Assembly (NCBI GenBank): GCA_046296075.1
Contig: JBKBMC010000001.1
Location: 13,371-77,370, forward strand
Reading direction: 5' to 3'
DNA length: 64,000 bases
DNA from: Erythrobacter sp.
GTDB taxonomy: Bacteria; Pseudomonadota; Alphaproteobacteria; Sphingomonadales; Sphingomonadaceae
This document shows, one piece after another, positions 29,539 through 39,958 of the stretch. Position 1 is the stretch's first letter; every line of letters begins with the position of its first letter. A program made the position numbers and the translations under genes. The notes beneath the pieces are model-generated. The model saw only the letters and a list, made by a program, of their open reading frames with translations, ran no database searches and was not told the origin of the DNA.

Positions 29539-30302
29539 TGCGTATCCTCCTCACCAATGACGATGGCTACCACGCGCCGGGGCTCGAAGTGCTCGAAGCC
29601 ATCGCGCGGCAGTTTTCCGATGACATCTGGATCTGCGCGCCATCGGAAGAACAATCGGGCGCAGGGCACGCGCTGACGCTCAACCGTCCGGTGCGGCTGG
29701 TGAAATTCGCCGAGCGTCGCTTTGCCGTTACCGGCACGCCTACCGATAGCGTGGTGATGGCGCTGCGGCAGGTGCTCGACAATCCGCCCGATCTGATCCT
29801 TTCAGGCGTCAACCGCGGGGCAAATCTGGCGGACGATATCACCTATTCGGGGACGGTTTCCGCCGCCATCGAAGGGGCGCTGGCGGGCATCCGTTCGGTC
29901 GCCTTCAGTCAGGTGCACACCGCCGCCAGCATCGCGGCAGGCAATCTGTTCGAGGCGGCGCAGCAGTGGGGCGCGAAGGTTTTGCAACCGCTTATCGACG
30001 CACCGCTCGCCGCGCGCACGCTGATCAATGTGAACTTCCCGCCGGTGGCTGCTGCCGAGGTGAAAGGCATCCGCGTCACCCGGCAGGGCTTCCACGATTA
30101 CGCGCGCGGCACAGTGATCGAAGGCAAGGACCCGCGCGGCTACAAGTATTACTGGTTCGGGCTTGATCCGATCGAGCACACCATGGATCATGGCACCGAT
30201 CTGGAAGCCATCGAGGAAGGCTTTGTGTCGGTAACGCCGTTGCAGCTTGATCTGACCCACTATTCGACCATCGGCGTGCTGGCCGAACGGTTCGACGGCT
30301 GA
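29538..30302 (+). CDS. surE: 5'/3'-nucleotidase SurE
   Basis: [23 protein letters not shown] and YSGTV. Confidence 0.96.
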   Translation: MRILLTNDDGYHAPGLEVLEAIARQFSDDIWICAPSEEQSGAGHALTLNRPVRLVKFAERRFAVTGTPTDSVVMALRQVLDNPPDLILSGVNRGANLADDITYSGTVSAAIEGALAGIRSVAFSQVHTAASIAAGNLFEAAQQWGAKVLQPLIDAPLAARTLINVNFPPVAAAEVKGIRVTRQGFHDYARGTVIEGKDPRGYKYYWFGLDPIEHTMDHGTDLEAIEEGFVSVTPLQLDLTHYSTIGVLAERFDG

Positions 30303-31337
30303 ATGGCGCGGAACGCACATTCCGGTGGACCGCTGACACGGCAGGTCAAGCTGCCGGTGTGGGCCGATATCGGCGCGCGCATGGGGATTGCCTTCGGGCT
30401 GATCGGGCTGGTGATCATGATCCACTGGTTCGACCGGGCGGGTCTGGTCGATCACCATGATGGCCATGTCAGCTTTCTTGATGTGGTCTATTTCACGATG
30501 ATCTCGGTGACGACCACCGGGTTTGGCGATATTGCCCCGGTGACTGATCGGGCGCGGCTGATCGAGGCGCTGATTGTCACGCCGGTGCGGGTGGCGGTGA
30601 TCTTCATCTTTGTCGGCACGGCCTATACTTTCGTAATCAGGCGCTCTGTGGAGAAATGGCGGATGGCCCGAATTCAGGAGAAATTGAACGGCCATGTCGT
30701 GGTGCTGGGCTACGGCGTGTCAGGCTCGCAAAGCGTGCGCGAGCTGATCGATCGCGGTGTCACGCCGGAAAGCATCGTGGTGGTCGATCCCGGCGAGGAT
30801 CGCCTTGCCGAAGCGGAAAAGCTTGGCGTCAATGTGATGCAGGCGGATGCAACGCGCGATGATACGCTGCGCGCGGTGCGGATCACGAACGCGCAGAGTG
30901 TACTGGTGTCGGCAGGACGCGACGATACCTCGATCCTGATTGTGCTGACAGTGCGCCATCTCGCGCCCGATGTGCCGATCAGCGTGGTGGTGCGCGCCGA
31001 GGATAACGAAGTGCTGGCGCGGCAGGCCGGCGCGAACAATGTCATCAACCCGGTGCGCTTCACCGGGCTGTTGCTGGCAGGCAGTGCCAACGGCACTTAC
31101 ATCGCGGACTATCTTGCCGACCTCGCCAGCGTCAGCGGGCGGGTGCAACTGGTGCAGCGCGTGGTGAGCGAGGCGGAATGTGGATGCTCGCTCGCCGATC
31201 TCAAAAGCGGCGGGCGGGGCCTGCGCGTCTATCGCAACGGGCGGGCCATCGGCTTCTGGGAAGACGAATGCGAGACGCTGCAGGCGGGCGATGTGATCGT
31301 CGAGATCGTGCCGACATCGGGCAGCGAGAGCAGTTAG
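30303..31337 (+). CDS. Potassium channel with RCK (TrkA-N) domain
   Basis: Selectivity filter TTTGFGD; Rossmann motif HVVVLGYGVSG. Confidence 0.9.
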   Translation: MARNAHSGGPLTRQVKLPVWADIGARMGIAFGLIGLVIMIHWFDRAGLVDHHDGHVSFLDVVYFTMISVTTTGFGDIAPVTDRARLIEALIVTPVRVAVIFIFVGTAYTFVIRRSVEKWRMARIQEKLNGHVVVLGYGVSGSQSVRELIDRGVTPESIVVVDPGEDRLAEAEKLGVNVMQADATRDDTLRAVRITNAQSVLVSAGRDDTSILIVLTVRHLAPDVPISVVVRAEDNEVLARQAGANNVINPVRFTGLLLAGSANGTYIADYLADLASVSGRVQLVQRVVSEAECGCSLADLKSGGRGLRVYRNGRAIGFWEDECETLQAGDVIVEIVPTSGSESS

Positions 31338-31387
31338 CGCCCACCCCGGAACGCGATCCTCAAGTAGCGAAGCGGTAGGATCGCGTT

Positions 31388-31786
31388 CTAACGAAAAAGC
31401 ACAAACACTCCGCCCATTGCCGCCATGCCGACGATGAAATGCCCGGCATCAAGCACAAACAGGGCCAGAGGCTTTCTGAGAAACAGGTAATTGATCCCGA
31501 TCGCGGGGATCATGACCCCCACGGCAAAGCCCACCGCCATCATCATCACCACATGCGGGGCAGGATCAGTGCGCGCAATCAGATGCCACAGCACCATGGC
31601 CACCAGCACTTCAAAGGCAAAGGCCAGCCCGAAGATCACCGCCATATTGCCGGATTGCAGATCGGCGTCCGAAAGGCCCGCCGCCCGCTGCCACGGCTTG
31701 GCAAACAGCACGCCATACCACAGCGCCCCCACCACAAAGAACGCAGCGGCTCCGGCCAGCACGGGCCATAGGGCAAAATCACTCAT
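31388..31786 (-). CDS. DUF1761-like membrane protein
   Basis: GALWYGVLFAKPW and LDAGH; 4 TM helices. Confidence 0.75.
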   Translation of the reverse strand: MSDFALWPVLAGAAAFFVVGALWYGVLFAKPWQRAAGLSDADLQSGNMAVIFGLAFAFEVLVAMVLWHLIARTDPAPHVVMMMAVGFAVGVMIPAIGINYLFLRKPLALFVLDAGHFIVGMAAMGGVFVLFR

Positions 31787-31837
31787 CGGCGCGGCTCCTC
31801 ATGTGGAAACAGCTGGACAGCTGGGGCGCACAGCGCG

Positions 31838-32083
31838 CTAGATCACGTAGGCGAATTCTTCCTCGGCGGGCGTTGATTTGCGGCCGCGCATTTCGGCATC
31901 AAGCTGCACCACCGTGCGGCTTGCGGTTTTGACGAAGAGACCGGGCACGATGGCATGCACCATGCAGGCGAGCCCGCCGGTCACCATCCGCCAGCCAAAG
32001 CTCCAAGCGGTGCGGGCGTGCTGGGTATAAGTCTCGCCAATGGCGCGCGGATGTTCGGTGAAAAGCTTTGCGATCATGCGCAT
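31838..32083 (-). CDS. Small conserved protein (DUF6356-like)
   Basis: FTEHP..GETY..H and HAIVPGLF..TAS motif. Confidence 0.7.
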   Translation of the reverse strand: MRMIAKLFTEHPRAIGETYTQHARTAWSFGWRMVTGGLACMVHAIVPGLFVKTASRTVVQLDAEMRGRKSTPAEEEFAYVI

Positions 32084-32182
32084 GACATTGCCTCTTTGGC
32101 CAGCCCGAGGTCAAGCCCACCGAGGCAGCGCACAGCGCGGCCTCTAGCGCTAGGCCCGCGCACAGTGTAGAGGCGCGCCGCT

Positions 32183-33565
32183 ATGAACTCCCCCGCCACC
32201 ACAATTCCCGACCAAAAGAAAATTGGCATGGTCAGCCTCGGCTGTCCCAAGGCACTAGTCGACTCCGAGCGCATCCTCACCCGGCTGCGCGCCGATGGCT
32301 ATGCCTTTGCCGAGGATTACGCGGGCGCCGATGTGGTGCTGGTCAATACCTGCGGCTTTCTCGATAGCGCCAAGGAAGAAAGCCTCGCCGCCATCGGCGA
32401 GGCGATTGCCGAGAATGGCCGCGTCATCGTGACCGGCTGCATGGGCGAGGAAGCCGATGCGATCCGGGCCGCGCATCCGCAGGTGCTCGCGGTAACGGGG
32501 GCGCACCAATATGAGCAAGTGGTCGAAGCGGTGCACACTCACGCGCCGCCCAGCCAGGGCCCGTTCATCGACCTTATCCCCCAGCCGTCAGACACCGACA
32601 TCAAGCTTACGCCGCGTCATTACAGCTATCTGAAAATCTCGGAGGGCTGCAATCACTCCTGCGCGTTCTGCATCATTCCAAGCTTGCGCGGCAAGCTGGC
32701 GAGCCGCCGGATCGATGCCGTGCTGCGCGAAGCGGAAAAGCTTGTTGCGGCGGGAACCAAGGAACTGCTGATCATCAGTCAGGACACCAGCGCTTACGGG
32801 GTCGATACCCGGCATGAGCCGCGGCAGTGGAAGGGGCGTGAGGTGCGCGCCCATATGACCGATCTCGCTCGCGAACTCGGCCAGCTTCGCACTCCCGAAG
32901 GCCATGCGCCCTGGGTGCGGCTGCACTATGTCTACCCCTATCCCCACGTCGATCAGGTCATCCCGCTGATGGCGGAAGGGCTGCTGACCCCCTATCTCGA
33001 CATTCCTTTCCAGCACGCGAGCCCCAAGGTGCTCAAGCTGATGAAGCGCCCGGCCAATGAGGCCAAGGTACTCGAACGCTTGAAGTCATGGCGCGAGATC
33101 TGCCCTGACATCGCCATTCGCTCCAGCTTCGTGGTCGGCTTTCCGGGCGAGACCGAAGAGGATTTCCAGTATCTGCTCGATTGGCTGGAGGAAGCCCAGC
33201 TCGACCGGGTCGGTGCGTTCCGGTTCGAGCCTGTCGAAGGCGCGGCGGCCAATGCCCTGCCCGATCAGGTGCCCGAAGCGATCAAGGAAGAACGCTACGC
33301 CCGCATCATGGAAGTGACCGAGCGTATTTCTGCGGCAAAGCTGGCGGCCAAAGTGGGCCGCACGCTCCCCGTCATCATCGACGAGGTGGGCGAGCCGGAC
33401 GAGGATGGCGATATCGGGGCGACCGGCCGCTCACAGGCGGATGCGCCCGAGATCGACGGTGCTGTCTACCTGCGCAACGTGCCGGAAACCCTTGCGCCGG
33501 GCGATATCGTGCAGGCCACCATCGAGGATGCCGACGCGCATGATCTGTTTGGCGTGATCGTCTGA
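32183..33565 (+). CDS. rimO: Ribosomal protein S12 methylthiotransferase
   Basis: [12 protein letters not shown], radical SAM motif CNHSCAFC and TRAM domain (DAPEIDG). Confidence 0.96.
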   Translation: MNSPATTIPDQKKIGMVSLGCPKALVDSERILTRLRADGYAFAEDYAGADVVLVNTCGFLDSAKEESLAAIGEAIAENGRVIVTGCMGEEADAIRAAHPQVLAVTGAHQYEQVVEAVHTHAPPSQGPFIDLIPQPSDTDIKLTPRHYSYLKISEGCNHSCAFCIIPSLRGKLASRRIDAVLREAEKLVAAGTKELLIISQDTSAYGVDTRHEPRQWKGREVRAHMTDLARELGQLRTPEGHAPWVRLHYVYPYPHVDQVIPLMAEGLLTPYLDIPFQHASPKVLKLMKRPANEAKVLERLKSWREICPDIAIRSSFVVGFPGETEEDFQYLLDWLEEAQLDRVGAFRFEPVEGAAANALPDQVPEAIKEERYARIMEVTERISAAKLAAKVGRTLPVIIDEVGEPDEDGDIGATGRSQADAPEIDGAVYLRNVPETLAPGDIVQATIEDADAHDLFGVIV

Positions 33566-33593
33566 ACCGCCTTGCTGCCAGCCGGCAGCAGTC

Positions 33594-34604
33594 TCAATGC
33601 ACCCGGCGCGGCGGTTCCGGAGCGAACCGCCAGCAGCGCATTTCGATGCCGATGCCCTGCATCCGCTCAATCCCCGGCACCGCCAGCACTCCGCCTAGCG
33701 AAGCCTTTTCCCCGCGCCACAGCCGGTCAAAAGCCCGCGCTGCCTCCGCGCGGGTGCAATGCCCGCCCAACTCGCGAAGAATGCGGCAGATCGTTTCGAT
33801 CGCCACCACGCGCGGCACATTGGCGTAGTAGACGAGGCCGGGGATCTCATCAGGCTGGTCCTCATCGGGATGCACCATCTCGTCCCAGTCGAGCCCCGCA
33901 TACCATTCAATGGCACGCCACCCTTCGGCGAGATGGGCCGCGCTGGCCGCGAGGGCAGGCACATCCAGCCAGTCGCTCGCCGCAAGCCGCGCGCGCATCT
34001 GCACGCGGTCAAATTCGAGGTTCTCGTTCGACGGGTCTTGAACCGCCGTGATCCCGGCACTTACCGTCACAGCCATCAGTTCAGTCTTTCGCCAGCCGAG
34101 CAGCGGCCGCAGAAGCAGCACCCCGCAATCCTCAAGGAGGCTGACAGCCCGCACCCCGGCGAGCCCCGAAAGCCCGCTGCCGCGATTGAGCCGGAGTAGC
34201 AGGGTCTCGGCCTGATCATCTGCATGATGCGCGGTCGCCAGCGCGCCCAAGCCGCGCGCCCTTGCCCATTCTCCGAGCGCGCCATAGCGGGCGGCACGCG
34301 CCTGCGCTTGCAGATTACCGGGCGGCACAGTGATCTTGAGTGCTGAAAAAGGGATGGCCCGTTCGGCACAGACCTGTTCAACCAGTGCGACCTCACCGGC
34401 AGCCTCGGGTCGCAATCCATGATCGACGCTGGCTACGGCAATGCGCCCCGGCAAGGTCGCGTGGGCAAGCAGAAGCAGCGCCAGACTATCCGGCCCGCCC
34501 GACACGGCGAGGCCAAGTGATGCACCGTCGCGCTCCTCACGCGGCCAGAGCGCTTCAAGATCAGCGGCAAAGCGCTCGGACAGTTCCGGATCGATCAGTT
34601 GCAC
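33594..34604 (-). CDS. tilS: tRNA(Ile)-lysidine synthase
   Basis: AVSGGPDS PP-loop, DHGLR, AHHADDQAET and DPSN. Confidence 0.93.
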   Translation of the reverse strand: MQLIDPELSERFAADLEALWPREERDGASLGLAVSGGPDSLALLLLAHATLPGRIAVASVDHGLRPEAAGEVALVEQVCAERAIPFSALKITVPPGNLQAQARAARYGALGEWARARGLGALATAHHADDQAETLLLRLNRGSGLSGLAGVRAVSLLEDCGVLLLRPLLGWRKTELMAVTVSAGITAVQDPSNENLEFDRVQMRARLAASDWLDVPALAASAAHLAEGWRAIEWYAGLDWDEMVHPDEDQPDEIPGLVYYANVPRVVAIETICRILRELGGHCTRAEAARAFDRLWRGEKASLGGVLAVPGIERMQGIGIEMRCWRFAPEPPRRVH

Positions 34605-35590
34605 GTCACCTTGGCGCGGTTGGCCTGATACTCGCCAGCCAGCCGCCCGGTCGCCACCGCCGGGTAAGTGTCGCCGAATTCGGCCAGCGCAATGCAGGCG
34701 CGCTTCGTATCCTTCATCGCGATCATGGAAGCACCGAGATAGAGCAGGCTATCGGGCGCGCGATCGCCATTCTTGTCAGCCTGATAATTGCGCAGGAACC
34801 AGCGTGCGGCTTCTTCGGGCATCCCGTCATCCAGGAAGGCACGGCCCAGCAGATTGCGGCCGAAGCTGATCCGGCTGTGACGCGGATATCTTTCGACGAA
34901 CATTGTCAGCTGCTGGCGCGCTTCGGGGAAGAAGCCCGCATTCCACAGGCGGAAGCCGTAGGAATATTCATCATCGCCGGGATCTTCGGTCTGCGGCTTG
35001 GCAATCGCCTGCACAGCGGCGAGCCGCGAAGCGTTGGGCGCAGGGGTGACCGCTGCCGATGCCGGTCGAGGGAGCGGATTTTGCAACGGAGCCGTGCCCG
35101 ACATTGCCGCGAGGTTGCCTGAAGTCGCCGTGTTGCCAGCCGGTGTCGTGGCGGGAGCGCTCCCCGTGGCAGGCAGCGGCGAGGGCGGCGAATAGCCTTG
35201 TCCTGCGCCTTCCAGCGCAGCCAGCCGCCGCTCCATTTCCGAAAGCGTGTTGGCCTGCTCCTCCGAACGCGCCGTGAGGCGCTGCATCTGGAGTTCGAGC
35301 GCATCAAGCCGCGCCAGCACGTCGGTAATCGCACTGGCTGCCGGTGCAGTGGTCGCAGGCACATTTGGCGAAGGCTCACTGCCCGGCTGTATCTGCGGTT
35401 CGAAAAAGCGTGCGTCGCCGCCCGGAAACACCTTGCGCTGAAGCGCGCGGACTTCAGCCTCGATCTTGCGGATGCGTGCTTCCTCGGCGCGGTCCTGCGC
35501 CAGCGCGGGCTGAGGGGCGGTAGCGAGCACAGCACCGGCGATAAGCGCGCCTGTTGCCCTGCGGGCAAGCAAATGGAGGGTGATTGTCAC
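34595..35590 (-). CDS. cpoB: Tol-Pal-associated CpoB/YbgF-like protein
   Basis: Signal peptide, coiled coil and C-terminal TPR (APDSLLYLG...AC); upstream of tilS. Confidence 0.8.
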   Translation of the reverse strand: MTITLHLLARRATGALIAGAVLATAPQPALAQDRAEEARIRKIEAEVRALQRKVFPGGDARFFEPQIQPGSEPSPNVPATTAPAASAITDVLARLDALELQMQRLTARSEEQANTLSEMERRLAALEGAGQGYSPPSPLPATGSAPATTPAGNTATSGNLAAMSGTAPLQNPLPRPASAAVTPAPNASRLAAVQAIAKPQTEDPGDDEYSYGFRLWNAGFFPEARQQLTMFVERYPRHSRISFGRNLLGRAFLDDGMPEEAARWFLRNYQADKNGDRAPDSLLYLGASMIAMKDTKRACIALAEFGDTYPAVATGRLAGEYQANRAKVTCN

Positions 35591-35728
35591 AGCGTCTCAA
35601 GCTCCTTCTGGCTGCTCTGGATGATGCCAGGCCCCCGATGAATGACAGCAGAACTCCTGCCGCCTTGCAGCGCCCAAGTCGACCCTTGCGCCGGCGCTAT
35701 TCACCGCAAATTGGCGCTCGGTCCCGGC

Positions 35729-36679
35729 TCAGTCGCCGCTTTCGGCCGGAGCAGCCGGAACCGGCGCTGGGGCAGCAGGCGGAGTGGCAACCTCTGCCGG
35801 ATCCGGCGCAGGATTGGCAGCGGTCGGGGTGCGGGCAGTAGTAGTACGCGGCCGGACCACCGGAACCGGCGTGGCCGCCGCCTGCGGGGCAGTCACAACG
35901 CGCGCGAGCAAGGCAGTCGCCGAGACCTGTTCGCTGGCGAGCACCACCGGACGCTCAGCAAGGCGCGCTGCGGGCTTGCCATCAATCGTCAGGGCGAGCG
36001 CATCAGGCCGCGCGGTGTTGAGCCGCGGATCGCGCGCGCCGGACGGGACGGTAAAGCTTTCACCTTTGGTGAGGGTCTTTTCCAGAAAGCGTTCGCCGCC
36101 TTCCTCGAACAGGCGCACCCAGACGCCATCTTCGAGCGCGGTGAACACCACTTCGCCGCTGGTGGCAGGCACCATCGCATCTGCGGGATCGGCGTCCTCG
36201 ACAACCGGCTCGGCCACTTCAGCTACCAGCGGCGGGGCACCTTCACCGGCGCGGAAATAATTCGAAAACCATGCGAACAAGCCAAGTGCGAGGAGCAAAG
36301 CGCCCAAAGCGCCTGCCCAGGCGAGCCCGCGCGAAGGCAGCTTGGCCGGATCGCCTGGCTCCATCCCGCCCGCCATGGAACCGCGCTGTTCGCTGCTATC
36401 GCCCAGCTCGGCGCGGACAGCCTTCGTCACCTCGCCTTCATTCAGACCGAGCGCACGTGCAAGCGTCCGTGCAAAGCCGATGGCATAGGTGCGCGAGGGC
36501 AGAGCATCGAAAGCGCCGGACTCAATCACCTCAAGCTGTCGGATCGGAATGCGGGTTCGCGTCGCAATATCAGCCAGCGAGAGCCCCTGATCCTCGCGCG
36601 CACGACGCAACATACCGCCCGCACCCGAATGGCTGTGTTCGCGCACCACGTCTGCGCCGTTATCCTGTTCGATATCCAT
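35729..36679 (-). CDS. rodZ: RodZ-like HTH membrane protein
   Basis: HTH_25 region (LRRARE..GLSLADIA...YAIGFAR), TM helix and DUF4115-like periplasmic domain. Confidence 0.8.
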   Translation of the reverse strand: MDIEQDNGADVVREHSHSGAGGMLRRAREDQGLSLADIATRTRIPIRQLEVIESGAFDALPSRTYAIGFARTLARALGLNEGEVTKAVRAELGDSSEQRGSMAGGMEPGDPAKLPSRGLAWAGALGALLLALGLFAWFSNYFRAGEGAPPLVAEVAEPVVEDADPADAMVPATSGEVVFTALEDGVWVRLFEEGGERFLEKTLTKGESFTVPSGARDPRLNTARPDALALTIDGKPAARLAERPVVLASEQVSATALLARVVTAPQAAATPVPVVRPRTTTARTPTAANPAPDPAEVATPPAAPAPVPAAPAESGD

Positions 36680-36800
36680 GGCCCGATCCGCGCTGATTAA
36701 GCGCTTTTATCATTCTTTGCAGGTTCTGCACACAGCCGATGAAAGGCTGCCAAGTCAAGGCCGGTGCGTGCAGTTTCGCCGAGCCGTGCCGCAGCACGGA

Positions 36801-39086
36801 TCAATCATACTCGATGCCGCGTTCATCCGCCCACAGCGCCAGTTCATAGCGCAGATTGCGGCCGGGATCGGACAGCCACCCATTCATTGCAGCGGTGATC
36901 TCGGCCAGATCGACCTTGCGGATAAGTTCCTTGATCGGGCCAATCGCAGCGGGCGTGATCGACAGGCGGCGATAACCGATGCCGAGCAAGGCCAAGGCTT
37001 CGAGCCGTCGCCCACCCATCTCGCCGCAAACACCGACATCGACGCCGCTGCCAATACTCGTCTGCATCACGCGCTTGAGGAAGCGCATGATCGAGGGGCT
37101 GAGCCAGTCGTAGCGTTCCGCCAGCTTGGGATTGGCGCGGTCGGCGGCGAACAGGAATTGCGTCAGATCATTGGTGCCGATCGACAGGAACGAAAGGCGG
37201 GGCAACAGATGGTCGAGCACTTCGGCCAGCGCAGGCACTTCGAGCATCGCGCCAAAATGAATGCGTTCAGGCAGCAACCGCTTTTTTGCGCGCAGAAATG
37301 CGAGCTGTTCGTCAAACACCGCCTTGGCCTCGTCAAACTCCCACGGCTCCGACACCATCGGGAACATGACATACAGCGAGCGTCCGGCAGAGGCTTCCAA
37401 CAGTGAGCGCGCCTGCGCTTTCATCAAGCCTTCGCGTTCGAGCGCGAGGCGCAGCGCGCGCCAGCCCATTGCCGGGTTTTCATCATGCTCGCCGCTGCCC
37501 GCCGCGAGATAGGGCACGGACTTGTCCCCCCCGATATCGACAGTGCGAAAGATCACCGGCTTGTCTCCGGCAGCATCCAGCACATCGCGATACAGCCGGG
37601 TCTGGCGCTCGCGCTGCGGCAGGGTGGCGGAGACGAGGAACTGGAACTCGGTGCGGAACAGGCCGACGCCGTCCGCCCCTGTCATAGCCAGCATGCTCAT
37701 ATCATCACGCAGGCCGGCATTCATCATCACCTGGATGCGCGTGCCGCAGCGGGTGAACGGTTCGACATCTCTCAGCGAAGCATAGGCCGCCTGCTTCTCG
37801 CGGCTTTTGGCAAACCGCGCCTGAAACGCGTCCGCGACCTGTGGCAGCGGGCGGATAATCGCATGGCCCGCATTGGCATCCAGCAGCACCTCATCGCCTT
37901 CGCGGATCATGCCGCGCAGGCCTGCGCCCTTGCCATTATTCGCGCGGCCCAGCACCGGCACATTCATCGCCCGCGCCACAATCACCACATGCGCCGTGAG
38001 CGAGCCTTCCTCAAGGATCACGCCTTTCAGCCGCCGCCGATCATATTCCAGCAGTTCGGCAGGCCCCAGATTGCGAGCAATCAGGATAGTATCGCGCCGC
38101 AGCCCTTGCGAAGCTGCCGTGCCAAGCTGGCCAGAGACAATCCGGAGCAAGCGGTTGGCGAGGTCTTCGAGATCGTGCATCCGGTCTGCCAGCAGCGGAT
38201 CATCAATCTCGCGCATCCGCATGCGGGTGTGCTGCTGCACGCGCTCAATCGCAGCTTCGGCAGTCAGCCCGCTGTCGATCGCCTCGTTGATGCGGCGCGA
38301 CCAGCCTTCATCGTAAGCGAACATCTTGTAGGTTTCGAGCACCTCTTCATGCTCGCCCCCGACGCCGAATTCGGCTTGTCCTGTCAGCCCGTCAATCTGT
38401 TCGCGCATGCGGGCAAAGGCGCGGTAAACCCGCTGGCGTTCGGCCTCGGTATCTTCGGCCATGACCTGCGTGATTTCGACGCGCGGCTGGTGATAGACGG
38501 CAAAGCCCGATCCCAGCCCCTTCACCAGCGTCAGGCCGGAAACTGTCTGCGGCCCGGTTTGTTCAGCTGTCAGCCCGCGCGCTTCTTCCTCATCGACGAG
38601 TTCGGCATTGGTGATGAGTTCGGACAGCACCATAGCAGTGGTTTGGAGCGCCTCGATCTCGACATCTTCATAACGGCGCTGTTCGACATGCTGGACGCAC
38701 AGCACGCCCACCGCGCGTTCGCGATAGACAATCGGCACGCCTGCGAATGAGTGGAATTTTTCCTCGCCCGTTTCGGGGCGATACTGGAAATCGGGGTGCG
38801 CCTTGGCCTCGGCCAGATTGAGCGTTTCCACCTTCTGGGCAATCACGCCCGTCAGGCCTTCGCCGATAGCCATGCGGGTAACGTGCACTGCGCTCTGGTT
38901 AAGACCGCGCGTGGCGAACAACTCCAGCATGCCTTCGCGCAGCAGGTAGATCGAGCAGACCTCGCTGGAGAGGCATTCGCCGATAATCTCGACCACCTGA
39001 TCGAGTTTGCCCTGCGCGTGCAGGCGCGAGGCCATGATTTCGGTGAGGCGGGTGAGGATCTGGCGGGCAGCAGCAGCAGCGGTCAT
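36801..39086 (-). CDS. ptsP: PEP--protein phosphotransferase EI(Ntr)
   Basis: N-terminal GAF domain, GSLTAHV phospho-His, GLFRTEF, SIGTNDL and CGEM. Confidence 0.96.
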   Translation of the reverse strand: MTAAAAARQILTRLTEIMASRLHAQGKLDQVVEIIGECLSSEVCSIYLLREGMLELFATRGLNQSAVHVTRMAIGEGLTGVIAQKVETLNLAEAKAHPDFQYRPETGEEKFHSFAGVPIVYRERAVGVLCVQHVEQRRYEDVEIEALQTTAMVLSELITNAELVDEEEARGLTAEQTGPQTVSGLTLVKGLGSGFAVYHQPRVEITQVMAEDTEAERQRVYRAFARMREQIDGLTGQAEFGVGGEHEEVLETYKMFAYDEGWSRRINEAIDSGLTAEAAIERVQQHTRMRMREIDDPLLADRMHDLEDLANRLLRIVSGQLGTAASQGLRRDTILIARNLGPAELLEYDRRRLKGVILEEGSLTAHVVIVARAMNVPVLGRANNGKGAGLRGMIREGDEVLLDANAGHAIIRPLPQVADAFQARFAKSREKQAAYASLRDVEPFTRCGTRIQVMMNAGLRDDMSMLAMTGADGVGLFRTEFQFLVSATLPQRERQTRLYRDVLDAAGDKPVIFRTVDIGGDKSVPYLAAGSGEHDENPAMGWRALRLALEREGLMKAQARSLLEASAGRSLYVMFPMVSEPWEFDEAKAVFDEQLAFLRAKKRLLPERIHFGAMLEVPALAEVLDHLLPRLSFLSIGTNDLTQFLFAADRANPKLAERYDWLSPSIMRFLKRVMQTSIGSGVDVGVCGEMGGRRLEALALLGIGYRRLSITPAAIGPIKELIRKVDLAEITAAMNGWLSDPGRNLRYELALWADERGIEYD

Positions 39087-39163
39087 GACGGCCAAGGCTT
39101 AAGGCCAGTCGCCGCGAAAAGCAAAAGGCGCTTTTGCCGCTGCGCTGCCATCCGCCTGCCCGG

Positions 39164-39331
39164 TTATGCCCGGGCGATTTCCTCCTTCAACCGGAGCTTC
39201 TGCTTCTTCAAAGCCTGGATCGTTCCGGCATCAGGAATGGGCCGTGTCATTTCCTCTCGCAACCGCGCTTCGAGCCCGGCGTGCTTGGCGGTGAGAGCCT
39301 CAAGGTGGGAAGACAGGGCTTGTGATGCCAT
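39164..39331 (-). CDS. YdcH/DUF465 coiled-coil small protein
   Basis: RBS GAAGGAG; SHLEALTAKHAGLE...LKKQKLRLKEEI. Confidence 0.85.
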   Translation of the reverse strand: MASQALSSHLEALTAKHAGLEARLREEMTRPIPDAGTIQALKKQKLRLKEEIARA

Positions 39332-39609
39332 AATCGCATACTCCTTCCAGTTCGGGGGGCTGCCCCCGGGGAAGCGACTCGGCGCCGAATGCGGCCGCGC
39401 CGCAGGTTCAGGTTGAACCACACTCAGGCTAGCTTTGAAAGCACTTCCGGATGATGAACGGATGTCCTGCGGGTTGTGTGCGATAAAACGCGTCGCGGGG
39501 GTCACGCCCTCTTACCGAATCATCCGCGAACACGAAGCGCGCTTGCTCATTGGCGCGCTTCATCGCATAGCGCCCTCGCGATGGCTCTGGGACACGGGTT
39601 GCAAGACAG

Positions 39610-39819
39610 ATGAACGAGCAGGAACTGCGCAAACGGCTTGAATTGCTGCGCACCGAACACCGTGATCTTGATGCGGCGATTGCCGCGCTGACCGAAGCCG
39701 CCCGCCAGAGCGCTTTTGCTGACCAACTCCAGATCGCGCGGCTGAAGAAGCGCAAACTGCGCCTCAAGGATCAGATCGCGATTATCGAGGATACGCTGCT
39801 GCCCGATATCATCGCGTAG
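39610..39819 (+). CDS. YdcH/DUF465 coiled-coil small protein
   Basis: EHRDLDAAI...RLKKRKLRLKDQI...PDIIA. Confidence 0.88.
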   Translation: MNEQELRKRLELLRTEHRDLDAAIAALTEAARQSAFADQLQIARLKKRKLRLKDQIAIIEDTLLPDIIA

Positions 39820-39958
39820 AATGTTGCGAACAACTCGCGAGGGTTTGCAAGGTGGTTCGCAACAAAAACGTCTCGCAGCGGGACGAAAGAAAATATGGAT
39901 GGGAAAGTAACCATGCACTGGTAGCGCTGCTCCGTGGCAAAGCGTATCAGATGCACGC

